From the NCBI GenBank assembly GCA_018398765.1, contig JAHBMJ010000026.1:1-59899 (forward strand): a stretch of 59,899 nt of DNA, written 5' to 3'. Shown one piece after another: positions 37,586-51,100 of this stretch (its first letter is position 1; every line of letters begins with the position of its first letter). Below the pieces are notes generated by a model. The model was not told where the DNA came from and ran no database searches. It was given only the letters and a program-made list of their open reading frames with translations. The stretch comes from Chromera velia. Taxonomy: Eukaryota. Both the position numbers and the translations under genes were made by a program.

Positions 37586-39644
37586 TCCACGTGCACAAAA
37601 AGCTGGAGGATCTAAGAAAGAGACAGGGGGCCCTGGGTAGTGAAGGCGTTCTCCAAGCACATTGAGGGACCCGGAGTGAGCAGCATCCTCATCTTCGAGC
37701 TCCTTGACGCGATGGGGATTGATCAGATTGCGTCTCTCCCCCACTGGGCTGCAAAGCCTCTGAAGCCAGGGGACGACCTGTACTATAGGACCAAACACCT
37801 CAAGTACAACACCCCCTTCCAGAACTTCTGGAGGATGATCATGGGCTCCCTGAAGAATTACGAAGTGAACTTGATCCAGTACTTCACCAAACACGCCTTC
37901 AACTGGAAGAATTGCATTGCCCACCACAAAGCCTTCGACGTGTCCGATGAAGACTTCCAAGGAATAGACGCAATCACTCTCGTATCCATCTTTATGCAGG
38001 TTGTTGAAGCGCTGCAGAGTGTTGCGAACACAGTCAAACAGGCCAATGAAAAGGGCATTGGCAGAATATGGAGGGTGGTCACCACGATACTCGGCCATGA
38101 TCATGCGACTGGATTCAGCCCCATCGAATTTCTCCGAAAGGCCGCTTATGGTGAGCTTCGAGTGCACTTTGATACCAATCAAGAGAGACTGGACATTAAA
38201 GACCGAAAGACGCAGACGCACTCTTATAGAGCTGATGACTGCCTTTACTAAGTATATTTGTGTGTTTGTCTATCTCTCTTAAGTGCTCTCTCTGTCTTTA
38301 TGTCACGTATAGAAGACAATTCAAACTTTCATACTAAGCATCATCTGTTCTCTTTCCGATGGTTTTAAATTTGATTTTGGCATCATTTTACTGCGGTATG
38401 CTCAAACCTGCTCTCTCTGGTGTAATCTACTACTGCTAACCTTCAGGCATTCTCTCTGCTATCATTTTTTTTTGTAAATTTATTCGATCACCTCACCATT
38501 TTGCATCTGCAGATACTAACCTGCCGAAACAGTTACCGTGGAGTTGAGGCCCAGGGACCTGCCTCAATTGATGTTATTGACAATTCAAAGGACCCGTCTC
38601 AATAACAACTGAAAAGAATTCAACTTCAGTATTATTAATCGATTGATTTAATTAAATTCATTAATTTTATAATATTGATTGATTGATTGAAATATAATAT
38701 ATTATAGTACATACATTGAAGGTTAATTTGAAGCTCCCAGTAAATCAACTTTAAAGGCGTACTAATGTTCCAGCTCATAGAATTTTTTACTTTAATTTAT
38801 ATATCAAATCAATATAATAATTTGACATTCATGCCAGTTTAATTGAATTCAAAGTCTATGAGAACCTAGACGGGCCGGGCCAGGGACTCGTTTTCTAGCT
38901 CGTTTTAAATGAATTTGTCGATGTTTAATAATGTATTGCTACAGTTCTAAACATATAATAGCAAAAAAATAGGCTTAACGTAAAACGATTGCCAAATTTA
39001 AATCAATCTGACTCCTTATGACTGTTGGAACGGCAACAATGTCAGAGTCCTATAAATGCACCAATCCTGTAGTGTTACAGAGAGAGAGAAGAGAGAAAGA
39101 CCACCCAGACTTCAGACCCCAATGATATTAGGGTTAGAGGTGATGCTGCCAATGTGTGGGCGCACGATATCAAACGACGCTACCTGCAGTGGCCTGGCAT
39201 CCCATCTCTGGGCCGCGGAGCCAGAGAGTGACGGGGATTTGGAATCCCGTGTACTCCAGCCGGGTCATGTTTAAGCGCCACATGGAGCAGACATACGCGC
39301 TCTGGGCCCCTGCAAAGAAAACCTGCCTCCCTCTGGGCCAGGCATTATGCAACCCGATGCACACCTGAATGTAAAGAACCCACACTCCCATCCTTGATTT
39401 TGTATTGCATATATGAAGGCACCTTGTTTCTAGGCCTAAGACGCCACTGTTCAAACTCTGGATCAGAGACGTTCAACCATTCGGTGCCCTGGAAGAAATT
39501 AATGTCATATGCAAGGCAAATCGATACATAATAATATGTCACTAATTCCATAGCGTCAGGGATGTCTCAAGAGTTTGTTCGGTGTTTAGGATACGTCTTA
39601 ACGGTCCTGACAAGGTTAACTATTACATTTGTAACACTCGCACA

Positions 39645-39657
39645 TTATATACATATG

Positions 39658-39703
<46 letters not shown>

Positions 39704-39755
39704 AATACACGCATACACATACACATATACATACATACATATATATATACACAGA

Positions 39756-39790
<35 letters not shown>

Positions 39791-39810
39791 ACATACACAC
39801 ACACACATAC

Positions 39811-39867
<57 letters not shown>

Positions 39868-39926
39868 TTGGCACATACACAGACACATATACACATACAC
39901 ACATTCATATACATATACATATATAT

Positions 39927-39963
<37 letters not shown>

Positions 39964-39998
39964 CATACACATACATATACACACACATATAACCATAC

Positions 39999-40046
<48 letters not shown>

Positions 40047-40110
40047 GCACACACATATACACACACATACACACACATACACACATACACAGACGCACAT
40101 AGACATATAC
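39645..40110 (+). repeat. Long degenerate (CA)n/(TA)n microsatellite
   Basis: Directly visible. Confidence 0.95.
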
Positions 40111-41510
40111 TAAATTCACTAAAACATATACTAATTCATTTATCAAAATTCTATTGAAATATGTAACAAAACAATGTGTAACAAAACATTTTGAAAAAAG
40201 TAATTGTGTAACCCTACAGGATTGGTATATCTATATAAATCTACCAACTAATGAACTATACTAGGAACTATAATTAATGAATGAGAATCTTAGTCAAAAT
40301 CAATCAATCAACATATTTAATTACAAACTTTTTGAATTATACTAAAGACATTAATACATAATTGTTCTATTATTGATATATCATTAATATGAGTTAATTG
40401 TGTCTAAATTATATTTAACTGGTGAAAAAGTCTGTAGAGCAAGATGGACTGCTGTAGTTGGAGAAAGAGGTATCAAAAAAGAAGAGATATACGTGAGAGA
40501 GCTCGTTTCGGTCATTTTAGACCGTGAGCCAAAGAAAGCGAGTGCCTAGGCGAGTACATTGATCGAAACTTGTTTGAATTTTAATTTGAAATTGAACTGA
40601 GTGTACGTGTTTTATGTAGTTGTTCAGCCTGAAGCTTCAGTTTAATCTGCGGAGGGTTGTAGTAGTTCATGCTCATACGGAAGCAGGCTAAGCTGCGGCA
40701 GCTTAAATTGCTTCATCTGTCTATAACTCTAGCTATAACTGCATGCATGGGTTGCCATTCGTCTCTGGTTTTGGAGACTCTAGGCGAAACCATAATTGCG
40801 TAAGCAAGTAAGTAATAAGTATGTATAAATTGCAATTTTCTTATTTATTTAATTATCAATCATTTAACTGGAATGTTTTTTTTTTTTAACCGTATCACAA
40901 GAAAAACAAACTCAAAAACTTTTTTGATGATTGATTGATTGATTGATTGCATGATTGTCAATGATTGACTGATTGATTGATTGATTGATTGATAACATGA
41001 ATAAAATCTCTTACGATTCTAAGATTTTTAATTTTAATAAGAGACTTTACATTGAAGTTTACAAACTGCAAGGCTTCAATTCAGAGGCTGAAATTGGTGA
41101 AGCAACGACCTGCAAATCAACATTCACTCAGTGTTATCCAGGTAAAAGGGAGTGTTGCAGTATGTTTGTTCGTATGTATGAATTTCATCTTATAGAAAAA
41201 GCATTTTGTGTCAAAAATGGAATCACAATTTTTTTCTAACAAATGGAGAGCAAACACAAAGGGAGCGGCACTGCTGCCATTTACTTGCCATTTACTTGAT
41301 GCACACGAGACTCAGTCGTTTCCTCCACCACAGCAAATATCCAAAAACAACAGAGGCGAGAACCGAGGAAAGCACGGAATTTATTCAAAGCAGAAAAGAA
41401 AATGACCGGGTCCGATACGCCAGTTGATTCAGCTGATGCTCTTTTCTTTGTATGGCGCCTCTGTCCAGAGACTTCTACCTCAAACAAGTGTCAAAAATGT
41501 GCACAAGTCG

Positions 41511-41514
<4 letters not shown>

Positions 41515-41559
<45 letters not shown>

Positions 41560-41581
41560 CTGTCTGTCTGTCTGTTTGTCG

Positions 41582-41623
<42 letters not shown>

Positions 41624-41650
41624 GCAGAAAAAGAGAGAGAGAGAGAGAGT
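41515..41650 (+). repeat. Compound (CT)n(GT)n(CA)n(GA)n microsatellite
   Basis: Directly visible. Confidence 0.9.
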
Positions 41651-42166
41651 TGTTTAAAGATATATTCCTGGAGCCTGCCTTCAAACGCTAGCTATTGATC
41701 GCCAGCTGGGAAGTGATTGAAGAAAATGACCTCACAAAAAGACAGACAGAGAGAGACAGACAGACAGACCGACGGACAAGACAGACCTCGAGGGAGTGTC
41801 CCGACAGATTCAGCAGAAAGATCTGCAGTTTGCCTTTTTGGACTTCAGACTCGTACAGAAGCACACGCACAATCCTGCACACATAAAACGCCCGGGCCAC
41901 AACATACACCATGAATTGCTAAGTCTTCATAGCACACAGAGAAATGGCTTTCTGAATCTCAATTGACAATCTCTCTTTGAGAAAATTCATGGCGTCTCGA
42001 GCTGACTGATCCTCCGTACGAGGGGGTTTGTGCCTTTAGATATGCAGCAGGGCTTCAATGATTTCTGTGGCCCCGGTTACTTACGGCAGAAGAAGATCAT
42101 GTCATCTTGACGCCCAGCCCCGGGCCAAGCTATCGAGAGTTGTTCTTACCATTGCTTCCGTCCCCC

Positions 42167-45100
42167 CTACTCACTTTGTCCGGTTCCGGCTCTCCCCTTC
42201 TTTCCTGCTTCATTTCGCGTTCTCTTGTTGCTTCTCATTTCCCTGAAAATTCAAGATACCAGCAACTCGAAAGCCTGTCTTCCTGCCTTCCTGCCCGCCT
42301 GCCTCCCTGGCCGACTAAGTGACTGACTGACTGACTGACTGACTGACTGACTGCTGTGTCCAGTCGATGGTGAGGGAGTCCAACACTTGAAAGTCTGAGG
42401 TGCCTCCCTCGTTGAGTCGTGCGAGCAGAGAGAGGAGGTCCATCTCCTCCGGCACAGGCAGCTGGACGGCCGCTGCATTTTGGGCCTTCACGCGGTTCGC
42501 TGCTTCCTTCCAAGCACTCAATACTCGGCCCCCTTGCTTTGCCGGCCTCTGTGTCAGACTTCCCGGGGCCTCCAGAGTGATGGTCCGTGAAAGTGAAACC
42601 GTGTCTGTTCGAGAGCGCAGGGACGTGTTTCGCCTTCTGAAGGATGATCCCTTTTGCGTCTGGTCGGGTGCTTCCTGGTCTCCTGGTCGTGGCGGCTGGC
42701 TGTCAGCTTCTTCCTTAACAGGAGGCGCCGTGGGCTGTGTGAGGAGTCTAATGGAGGCCTTGGCATGTCTCTGAGAGAATCTGGAAGCAGAGGTGGGTAG
42801 GTCCAAGAGCATGCGGGCAAGTTTTGGAGACTTGTCGGGATCCCAGAGTACCACTCCGGCAACACAGACGAGGGAGGAATTCGGACGGGAGTGGAGGGGT
42901 GCGAAGTATCTGCAGTCAGATGCATGCATAAGTTCGCATCGAAATCTTTCAGCACACATGACGCTACGTCTTTCTAAGCGCCCCCGACTGATTGAAGACA
43001 GATCTGGATAGACAGAAGAGAAAGGTCGAAGAAACACCTCAATTCGTACGTTGGCAGGGAGAAGCTAGTGAAGGTCAAAGAAGCAAGTGCGAAGAGCACA
43101 TCGAGAGGAAAATCGTACCACGGAGGAAAAAGAACCAAAAGTCTTGGGAGAGCCTCGCACCTTTTGTTTCTGCTTACCGTCGATGCCGAGCAGGCAGCAG
43201 GCAGATGAGTCCTCCATGTACAGAAGCTTGCATCTGTGCCTGCCTCTCTCTGAACGTCAAGGAGGAGACAATCTGCTGGGAGCTTTGTGCTGTCCTCGAG
43301 ATACCCCCTCCTGTTCCAAGTCTGCTCTGTCTCCTTCCTGAGAACCCAACTCTCTTCGTTGCTCCTTCATTTCCTATCCCTTCATCTCCTTCTCCTTCAC
43401 CATTCTCGGGCCCTCTCACAGAGGGAGAGCAACCAGGAGAGCTCATGGGTGGAGGTGGAGGAGGCAAGGCCAGCATCTTCACAGGCAGAGCCCCCACAGC
43501 CTGGAGGACCGGATCGTTCATCTCGAAGGGGGAGAAAAATGATTCCTCGTTCGGGGGGAAATCTGCAGTGTACCCTGAAGCGCTGCCTCCAGCAAGTGCG
43601 GAGAATTTCTTCACCGCAAATTGCCACTGCCGAGGGACTGCGCCTACCCCCAGCACAATCAGCGGACGGAGGGCAGAAAGGAAGTGCGTGGCCTCCATAT
43701 GGAGTGCAGCTCTATAGGCAGACAGAACGAAAAAGGGGTTTTTGGGTTCGATGAATTTGTACTGGTCAGCTGTGAACTTCTCTCTTTGGGTCAAGGACAC
43801 TTGGCTCGCCTGGGTGACAGAGGACGCCTTCAACAGAGTGCTCATTCTCCCTGCCCCCCCCTTTAAAAACTTTCCGGAAGAGCGAGTGAAGGTTGAACGT
43901 CGAGGGGATGAAACTGAAGCGCCACTCTGTCCCCTCTGCAATTGCAGTTGTGTTTGAGAAGAGGAAGCCTTCTCATCAATTCGTGCCTTTTTTGTCTTTT
44001 CGTCCACGTACAGAGACAAATCAGGACCCGCCATAATATGAACAAGGAGACCACGCGCAGCTGTACGCAGCACATGTTCGTTGCTGCTGAGAACATTCTC
44101 CAACCATGCCGTGCGAGAGCGGGGGGCGGCCCCGTCCCCTAGGTGAGTGCCCACTCTAACGAGCAGACGGAGGAGAGCGAGACTTGAACAGCCATGAGTT
44201 AGGAACCGAACGGGAGGGGGGTCCACAGGTGGAAGCACGGTGACGGCGTGTTTGTGCGCAGCTGTTGGTGCCTTTTGCAGAGCCTTGTCTCTTCTGCTGA
44301 GATTGGTCTTTTTGGACTTCTCTTGGACGGCAGCGGCAGAGGCGTCCAGAGAGTCGGACAAGACCGCAGAAGGGGCAAGCCGTGGGACGGGGGCGGTCCA
44401 TTGTCTGCAGGGGACGCAGAAGAACAAGGGATCAGAGCTAGTCAATTCACGTCCAGAGAGACGCAATCATGCCAAAGGAGAGGAGGAAGGAGACGAGAGA
44501 AAACGAGTCGCGTTAAAAACATATCAAAGTCAGCGTCCGTGTGTGTCTCCATAGGTGATTGATTGATTGATTGATTCTCAATTTCCCAGTGACAGCTGAC
44601 TTTCGAACGACGGTTTCCATCACCTCAACGAGTTCCTCTCTGACCACAGAGTCGGGCTTTCTGGCCAGGCTCTCAAACCCTCTCCGGATGTTCCGAAGGT
44701 TGAAGCACTCAGAGGCGTGCTGCATTTCAAGAGAACACCAGGCGGGGGGTTAAAAAAGTAACAGACAGGGGCGCGTGTCCACCGAGACGAGGCCTGCGCT
44801 TGGTTTTGTCGGGCACGGGAATTCAGCAGGGAGCTTCAAGCAGGTAAAAGTACGATTTGAACAGTTCATTTTGTGGACGCCTAACCTGACAGAAGAGAAC
44901 ACGAACAGCTTGCGAGAAACCCAAGGACAGAAAAATGGACAAATGAACATGCAGACGATAAGAAAAAGCCAAGGAAAGGAGTAGTCGATCGATTGATCAG
45001 ACTGGCTCCTAGATCAACAGGACAACAGGTCGACGACAGGTGGACTGACACACCTACCTGCGCCTTATGAGCCGCCATGCACTCCTTTGTGCAGTAGGTG

Positions 45101-48100
45101 GCCATCATGCAGAGCCTGCACAGAAGTGCTAGAAGAGTGCACAAAGCAATGAGCGCTCACAGGAAGACAGGGAGATTTCATCGCTCACTTTCATCTCGCC
45201 GAATGTGCACACCCTCGCAGAATCCGAATGCCTATGCCGAATGTGCACACCCTCGCAGAATCCGAATGCCTATGCCGGACAGCTTGGCAATGAAGTGAGA
45301 GACACGAAGAAGGAAAGGCAGATCAATTGACTGGCCGGCTGAACGTTTGCCTTGCTGCTACACTGACTTGCAAGAGACTTTCTCGAGGTCCCCCCAAATG
45401 AAGGGCTGCTTGCAGTGAGGGGCGTTCCCGCAGACGCGAAGACGGGCAGGAATCGTCTGCATAGGAGTAAATGAAAAAGACATTCAGGTGGGGACTAGCA
45501 GATCGCATGGAGACAACACAGACATGACAAAAGCAAAACAACTTGTTGTTTGGTGGAACCCCTGACAGCTCAAAATAGAAGAGGGTGCTCAGAAGGGTTT
45601 CTGCGCAATTCCTTGACAGGTGCAGACAAAGATCACAGCACGCCCTTGCTTTTCATTTTACATCCATGCAACGAACAGACTGACTGACTCGAGTTCGCCG
45701 GAGACGGATCAGACGAGGACCATACCATGACCCTGCAGGCCATGCATCGAGCATGCGGACGGTGGCGTCATCTGCAGCACATCTGCACTGGTCTCTGCCG
45801 TTGTCGTCCGACCCTTCGCTCTCTCCATCCACCAGCCCGACTCCTCTCACAACATCGTTCTCTGCTGACCCGTCACTGGTCTGATTTCCGTCTGATTCCT
45901 CTTCACTCATTTCGTTTTGTTGTTTCCTTCTCTCCTCCTCCGACGCCTTCGACTTGGGAGACAACATGACTCCACCTCGACGTGGAGAGTCATCTCTCTT
46001 CTGTAGAGAGATTGCAGTTGCAAATGCTTTGATGCTCTCCTTCAAGAGATGCCGGCGTCTCTGCCTCTCTTTCTTCTTCTCCCGTTTGTCCATGCGGTCC
46101 TGGGTCGTCCTTTTCAACGTCTCAGCGAGGCGCACCACCTCGGTCAGATTCTTCGCCATGGCCACAAGGAAGTCCCTATTCTCTGAACCCAACCAGGGCG
46201 TGGTCAGGTCCAGCTCTCCACCGTGGTCATCGAGTCGCCGTCCTTTGTCTCCAGCTTGGGACGCGCGCATTGAGAGCGCCTGTACAAGCTGCCTGTCTTG
46301 CTCATTACGGCCTGCTACTGACTCATCGCTACTCTCTCCTTCGCTCTGATTGTCTGCACCTGCCCAGACTCTCTCGGCCATGCGCTGCTCTCTTCTTCGG
46401 CGTCGCCCTTCTTCTGTGCGTGCGTCAATGATCTCGCCTGAGGAGGAGGGCTCAGTCGCAGGAGAGAGGTCCTCTGCTGTGATGCCCTGAATTTCTCTCA
46501 TACGGGGGTGGAGACCGCGCCTGTCTTTCTTTGCAGCAAGCGCTTTCGCCCTTCGCTTTTTCGCTTTGCGTTTCGCTGCCTCTTCAGCGGTCTCATCCGC
46601 TCTTTTCTTCTTGGGCTGTTTGGGGAAGAGCCGTGCATTGGCACGACGAAGACTTTCTGGGAGGGCGACCATCTGGAAAGGCCACACGCCAAAATCGCCT
46701 CCTGCAGCCACTGGAAAGGCAGGCTGTGAGGACAGTAAAGCGAAGGCGTCCCCTATCAGTCTCTCTTCTCCACCCGGCAACAAGCCTCCTAGAAGGCAGA
46801 CGGCAGAATCCCAGGGAGAGAGGCTCAACAGCTTTGCGAAGTCGTCTGAAGGATCTATGTCGTCCATGCCTCCAAAGCCTGAAGCAGCGCCACGAGCAGC
46901 GGGCACGCGGAGAAACTCAGAAGCGAAAGAAGACGCCATGGGTGCGGCGTGTCGACGAAAAGCATTGTGGGCAGTCGGCTCTGCGCTTGCAAAGAATCCC
47001 GTCAAATGGGCAACTTGTCCGATTCTCCATTTTTCTCCTGCAAGAGAAATGAAGGAAGAGGGGGAATGAGAGGCAATTGCAAAGAATTTCAGGGAAACGA
47101 GAGATGATGCGACAACAGATTCGACTTAGGCCGGGTATCCTTCCAAAGATTCTGTTTAGAAGCTCTTCAGCCTTTGCCCATAGGGAGTGACGTGTGATCT
47201 TTCAAGACTTACATAATAATAAGGGCGTTTCTGTTCGTTGGAATAAAAAGTCAAATTGCGGTCGTTTCTGTCAGTAACACTAACCGAATTGAGATCTGAT
47301 TGCTGCAGCTCCCGCCCGTGAGAAAGTGCTGTAGTGCACAAAACGCGGTCTCATTGGCATTTTCTTCTCTCGTGCTCTCTCCTTTTCCTTCTCAATGAGT
47401 GTCTCTCGAGCCGTCATTCCTTGAAAAGGCTTGATACTGTTCATGGATGCAGGTTTCATGTCGTCGCCCAGTCCCTTTTTCTTCTGAGGAGAAACACTAA
47501 TGTTTTCATCCAAAAAGGGACGGTTGGTTGGAGGAACCTTCGAAGCTGCCACAGCTGCTGCGAGTGTCTGTCCCGAGATTGCGAAGTCTCTGTCTCTCTT
47601 CCGAACGGATACCGCCTCTTCAACAGAACCTCCTGGGGGGAACAGGCGGCAGGAGAGGGTTTTCTGTGGAGGGATGGATTCCTGTTCCGTCACTGGAAGT
47701 GTGGGAATGAAGGCGGGGCGTCTGGAGGTGTTTGGAGGGACAGATGGGGGACTGGAGGGTTTGGACGGGATCTTGTCTGGACTTTCTGAAGAGGGCAGAG
47801 AAGGCTGTTCATTCTTAGTGAGTCGCAGTCGAATGGTGGATGCAGGCTCTGTGGAGAAGAACGAAGGACGCAGAGGGTGTTCTGAGAGTGGAGCAGTCGA
47901 CAGGATCAGACTGCTGACAGGCTTTTGCTTTGGCTGGGAAGGGGGGGGGGGAGACGTGGAGACAGGTTGCGTTTCATCCTTCAACTCGGTCAGGAATGTG
48001 GAGCTTCCAACTTCGTTTTGCTCTGTTGGAGATGACTCTTTGTCAGTGAGCATTAGAAGAGGACGGTTCGTTTTCAGACGACGGTGTGGAGGAGTTTGAG

Positions 48101-51100
48101 CTTTTCGGGGAACAGGTAAGAGAGGAGGTCCCTCGGTGGGGGGGGGAAAGGGTCCTGATTGATCTAGCCTAAGCCTCCGTGCTGTGTCTTTGTGAATAGG
48201 ACGATTTCTGTATTTGAGACCGTCTACATTTGCCTCGTGCATTTTGTTCAAAGGCAGCGCGAGGAGATCTGGGTCGACTGCATAGAGACCCTCTGCCACA
48301 GTTCGGGGCATGACGGCCTGAGTGACTGTCTCGAACTTCCATGAAGAAGGCAGGGGGCCAGAAGATGCGGCAGCAGCGAGAGTGCGAAGATTTGCAGACA
48401 CACGTGCCGCCTCTACAGTTGCTCTACGCTCTGCTGCCTGTCTTCCCCTGGGTGCTCCGTCGGAAAATCTGATGACGCCTTTCTTCTTTGCCTTTCGTGC
48501 CTTCTCCATCAACTCCTCTACTTCGTCTGCGGAGTGGAAACGCTTCATTGCCTCCACTTCCTTCACTACGAGAGCGTTGGAAGAAACGGGAAGGGAAGCG
48601 GAAGGAGATGTTTCTCTTTCCTTTTCCTGCTGTGAACTCTGTCCGTCCAGCCGAGGACTTCGAAAAACAACCAGAGCCTCTGACTTTTTCGTCGGTCTGT
48701 CGGCGGTCTCTGGTCTTTCGTCTTTCTTCTTCTGTTGAGCTTTGAGAAATCCCCCTCCCAAGGGACCCGGGCCGAGAGGACAGGGCGCCATGGGGTGGTG
48801 TCGGGTCTCTCTCAGGAAAAGCTCTTCGCTCTCTCTCGTCTGCACGTACGCGTGGGGAGCCTTCTCCTTCAACAAAGGCTCCAAGTAAGCAAACAGAGGG
48901 AGCAGACCCCCTACAGAGGACAACTCACTCCCGTCACTCTCCCTTCCAACTGCTGCGCCTCCAATTAGGGGGGAGGCCACGAGCACAGCGTCGAATCGCT
49001 GGTTCTGCAACACATTCACCGAGTGTAAGTGACAATCGAAGTACTTGTTCGCACACTTGTGCCGTACAGACAGTCCACCAGAAATTAAAGGTGTCAGACT
49101 TTGATTCACCCGTCATCAGACAAACTGGAATGTTAGCTGGGCTGGCGCAATAAGTGTTTTTGTTTCTGCATCTGCTTATTGAAGTCGTGAAGTGAAGCCC
49201 ATATCAACTACTTCATTCTGAAATCAAGACATCTTTAACATCTCTATTACAACAACTACTATCTGCTCACCTCTCGAGAGGCTGTCCGAAGAGACGCGAA
49301 GGGCGACCCGACGCTGATGGAGATAGAGGCGTCAATGAAGATGTCCTCAAGGAGTTGTGCCAGCCAGAGGTCGCCCTTCCCTCCCTCCCCGTCTCGCAGT
49401 CCGTCCCCAAGGAAGAAATGAGAGGGGGGCAAGGCTAGGGGGTCTGTGCCCTCACGCGCTTTTCTGTCCTCCCTCTGAGCGTTGGCCATCAACCAGCTGC
49501 ACACATCCAGATAGAAAGAAAGACAAGAGGACAGAAATACATGAGACAGCCGCACACCTCGTGTGCATGAATGCAGAGAAAAGTTACATGAAGCTTTCTC
49601 CTTGAAATTCCCGTCTAACGGCATCCGAATTAAAGCACGGCGTCACAATGCTCTCTGCTCGGGTTTTTCACGTTAAAGCTCGATCGTGTGTGATTTCAAA
49701 GCAAAGAATCGCTGGCTTTGTCTTGCCCTAAAACAGTCTCAATGCGATCGCTGGTCTCAATGCCTTCCTTCCTCATTTGCATTGTCCCCTCTTTCTCTTC
49801 CTTTCACCCCACCTTCTGAGAGAGTTCATCTTCCACTCGCTCCACTGCTCCAGTCTGATCTCTCTGATCTGACGGAGCACGTCCTCAATAGGGGCACCCG
49901 CACCCATCTCAGTGTGAGCCAAAGCCTGCAGGTCGATCGAGATAGAATGAGGAAAGAAAGTGTCTGACAAAACACAAGAAATAGAGAATACAGAGATAGT
50001 AACAAAACCGAATTAGATTGCTGGAAAGTTTCGGGAGGGGGCCTGGATTTGTTAAATGTCAAGAGAGTGCGGCAATGAACCTGTATTAGAGTTAGCGCTG
50101 TACCTTACTGAGAGAAAGGATAGATGAAGCTTGTCGTGGAGCTCTGAGCAAAAAACCAAGAAAAGACGTTTCTACGCTGGACCACTCAAAAACACTGATC
50201 GAGTATTTCAAAAAGCAGGCACTACAACAAGCGATCAGCGCACCTTCTCGTGTTCTGCAACACGATCGAATCCCTCTGAGGCGTCTGCGTAGACGGCCTC
50301 TCCGCCTGCGGTCCTCTGGGCTTTCGTCCAATAGTGCCGGAGCTCAGAGGCACTGGGGAAGAACTCAAAGAGCATGAGGGAGCTCTCCATGTACTTGACA
50401 ATTTGTTGGCACACCACACCGAACATATACAGGCCGAGGGCTCCCAATTTGAGTCTGAGGGACTCTGTGTTGAAGCACAAGGACAGCTGGGTCCCCACAC
50501 ACTCTTTGAATGCCCCAGGAGTCTCGCTTCCGATTTCCCCAATCAGAGGCCGTCTCTTTCCAAATTCAGCCAAAAGGGATTTGCCGATGAAGGGAACTTT
50601 CGCAATCGCATCCACAGGTCCTGAGGGAAAAAAAGGAATCCACTCAACCTCTCCGGGCCGTCTCAGATCTAACGTCCGAGACGCAGCTGCGGCCTCCCAT
50701 GGTCTTTTTGAGTCCCTCACTCTGTCCCCCGACTTGTTCTTCTCTACGCGGCCGTCTGCCCTCTCGAGGGGTCCTGTGGTTGGCAGGGCCGTGTTCACAT
50801 ACTCTTTCCCTGCATGCACGTACATGCAGAGGAATCTGAACATAGAAAAACCACATGGTTTTGCTTCAAACTGCTGTCACTTCTGAGAACTATCGCTCAG
50901 CTGGTATCGTTTTGGAGTGAAGGTTCAACTCTGAATGCGTCTGTACAAACTTGAAATGTGCACAAAACGTTTGATTCAAATTTCATTTCGGCATGACCAC
51001 ATCACGCCCGTCAGATCTTGTCACAAGATGCCCTCCCTGATCGAGGTGCGTACCTGTATTGGGGTCCTGACCCCTCAGGAGGTGGGGGAGGAAGGGGCAC

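Larger units (their letters stand above)
35234..38251 (+). pseudogene. Multi-exon hypothetical gene or pseudogene with internally repeated exon modules
   Basis: Exon-like blocks with splice-like borders (~35234-35488, 36314-36401, 36714-37066, ~37598-38251) between microsatellite introns. ORF 37640-38251 (203 aa) looks globular, but the frames do not join cleanly. Confidence 0.4.

Noticed and set aside
37229..38221. 330-aa minus-strand ORF
   Set aside because: Antisense to the more plausible plus-strand ORF and runs into microsatellite.
39562..40146. His/Thr- and Cys/Val-rich ORFs (also at 35869-36560 and 37182-37665)
   Set aside because: Translations of (CA)n/(GT)n/(CT)n microsatellites.
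38300..41250. AT-rich block as a defined transposon
   Set aside because: Probably repeat-derived, but no TIR pair, TSD or coding motif could be established.
45198..45277. 38-bp direct repeat as a CRISPR-like unit
   Set aside because: Only two adjacent copies, no spacers, intronic, eukaryotic context.
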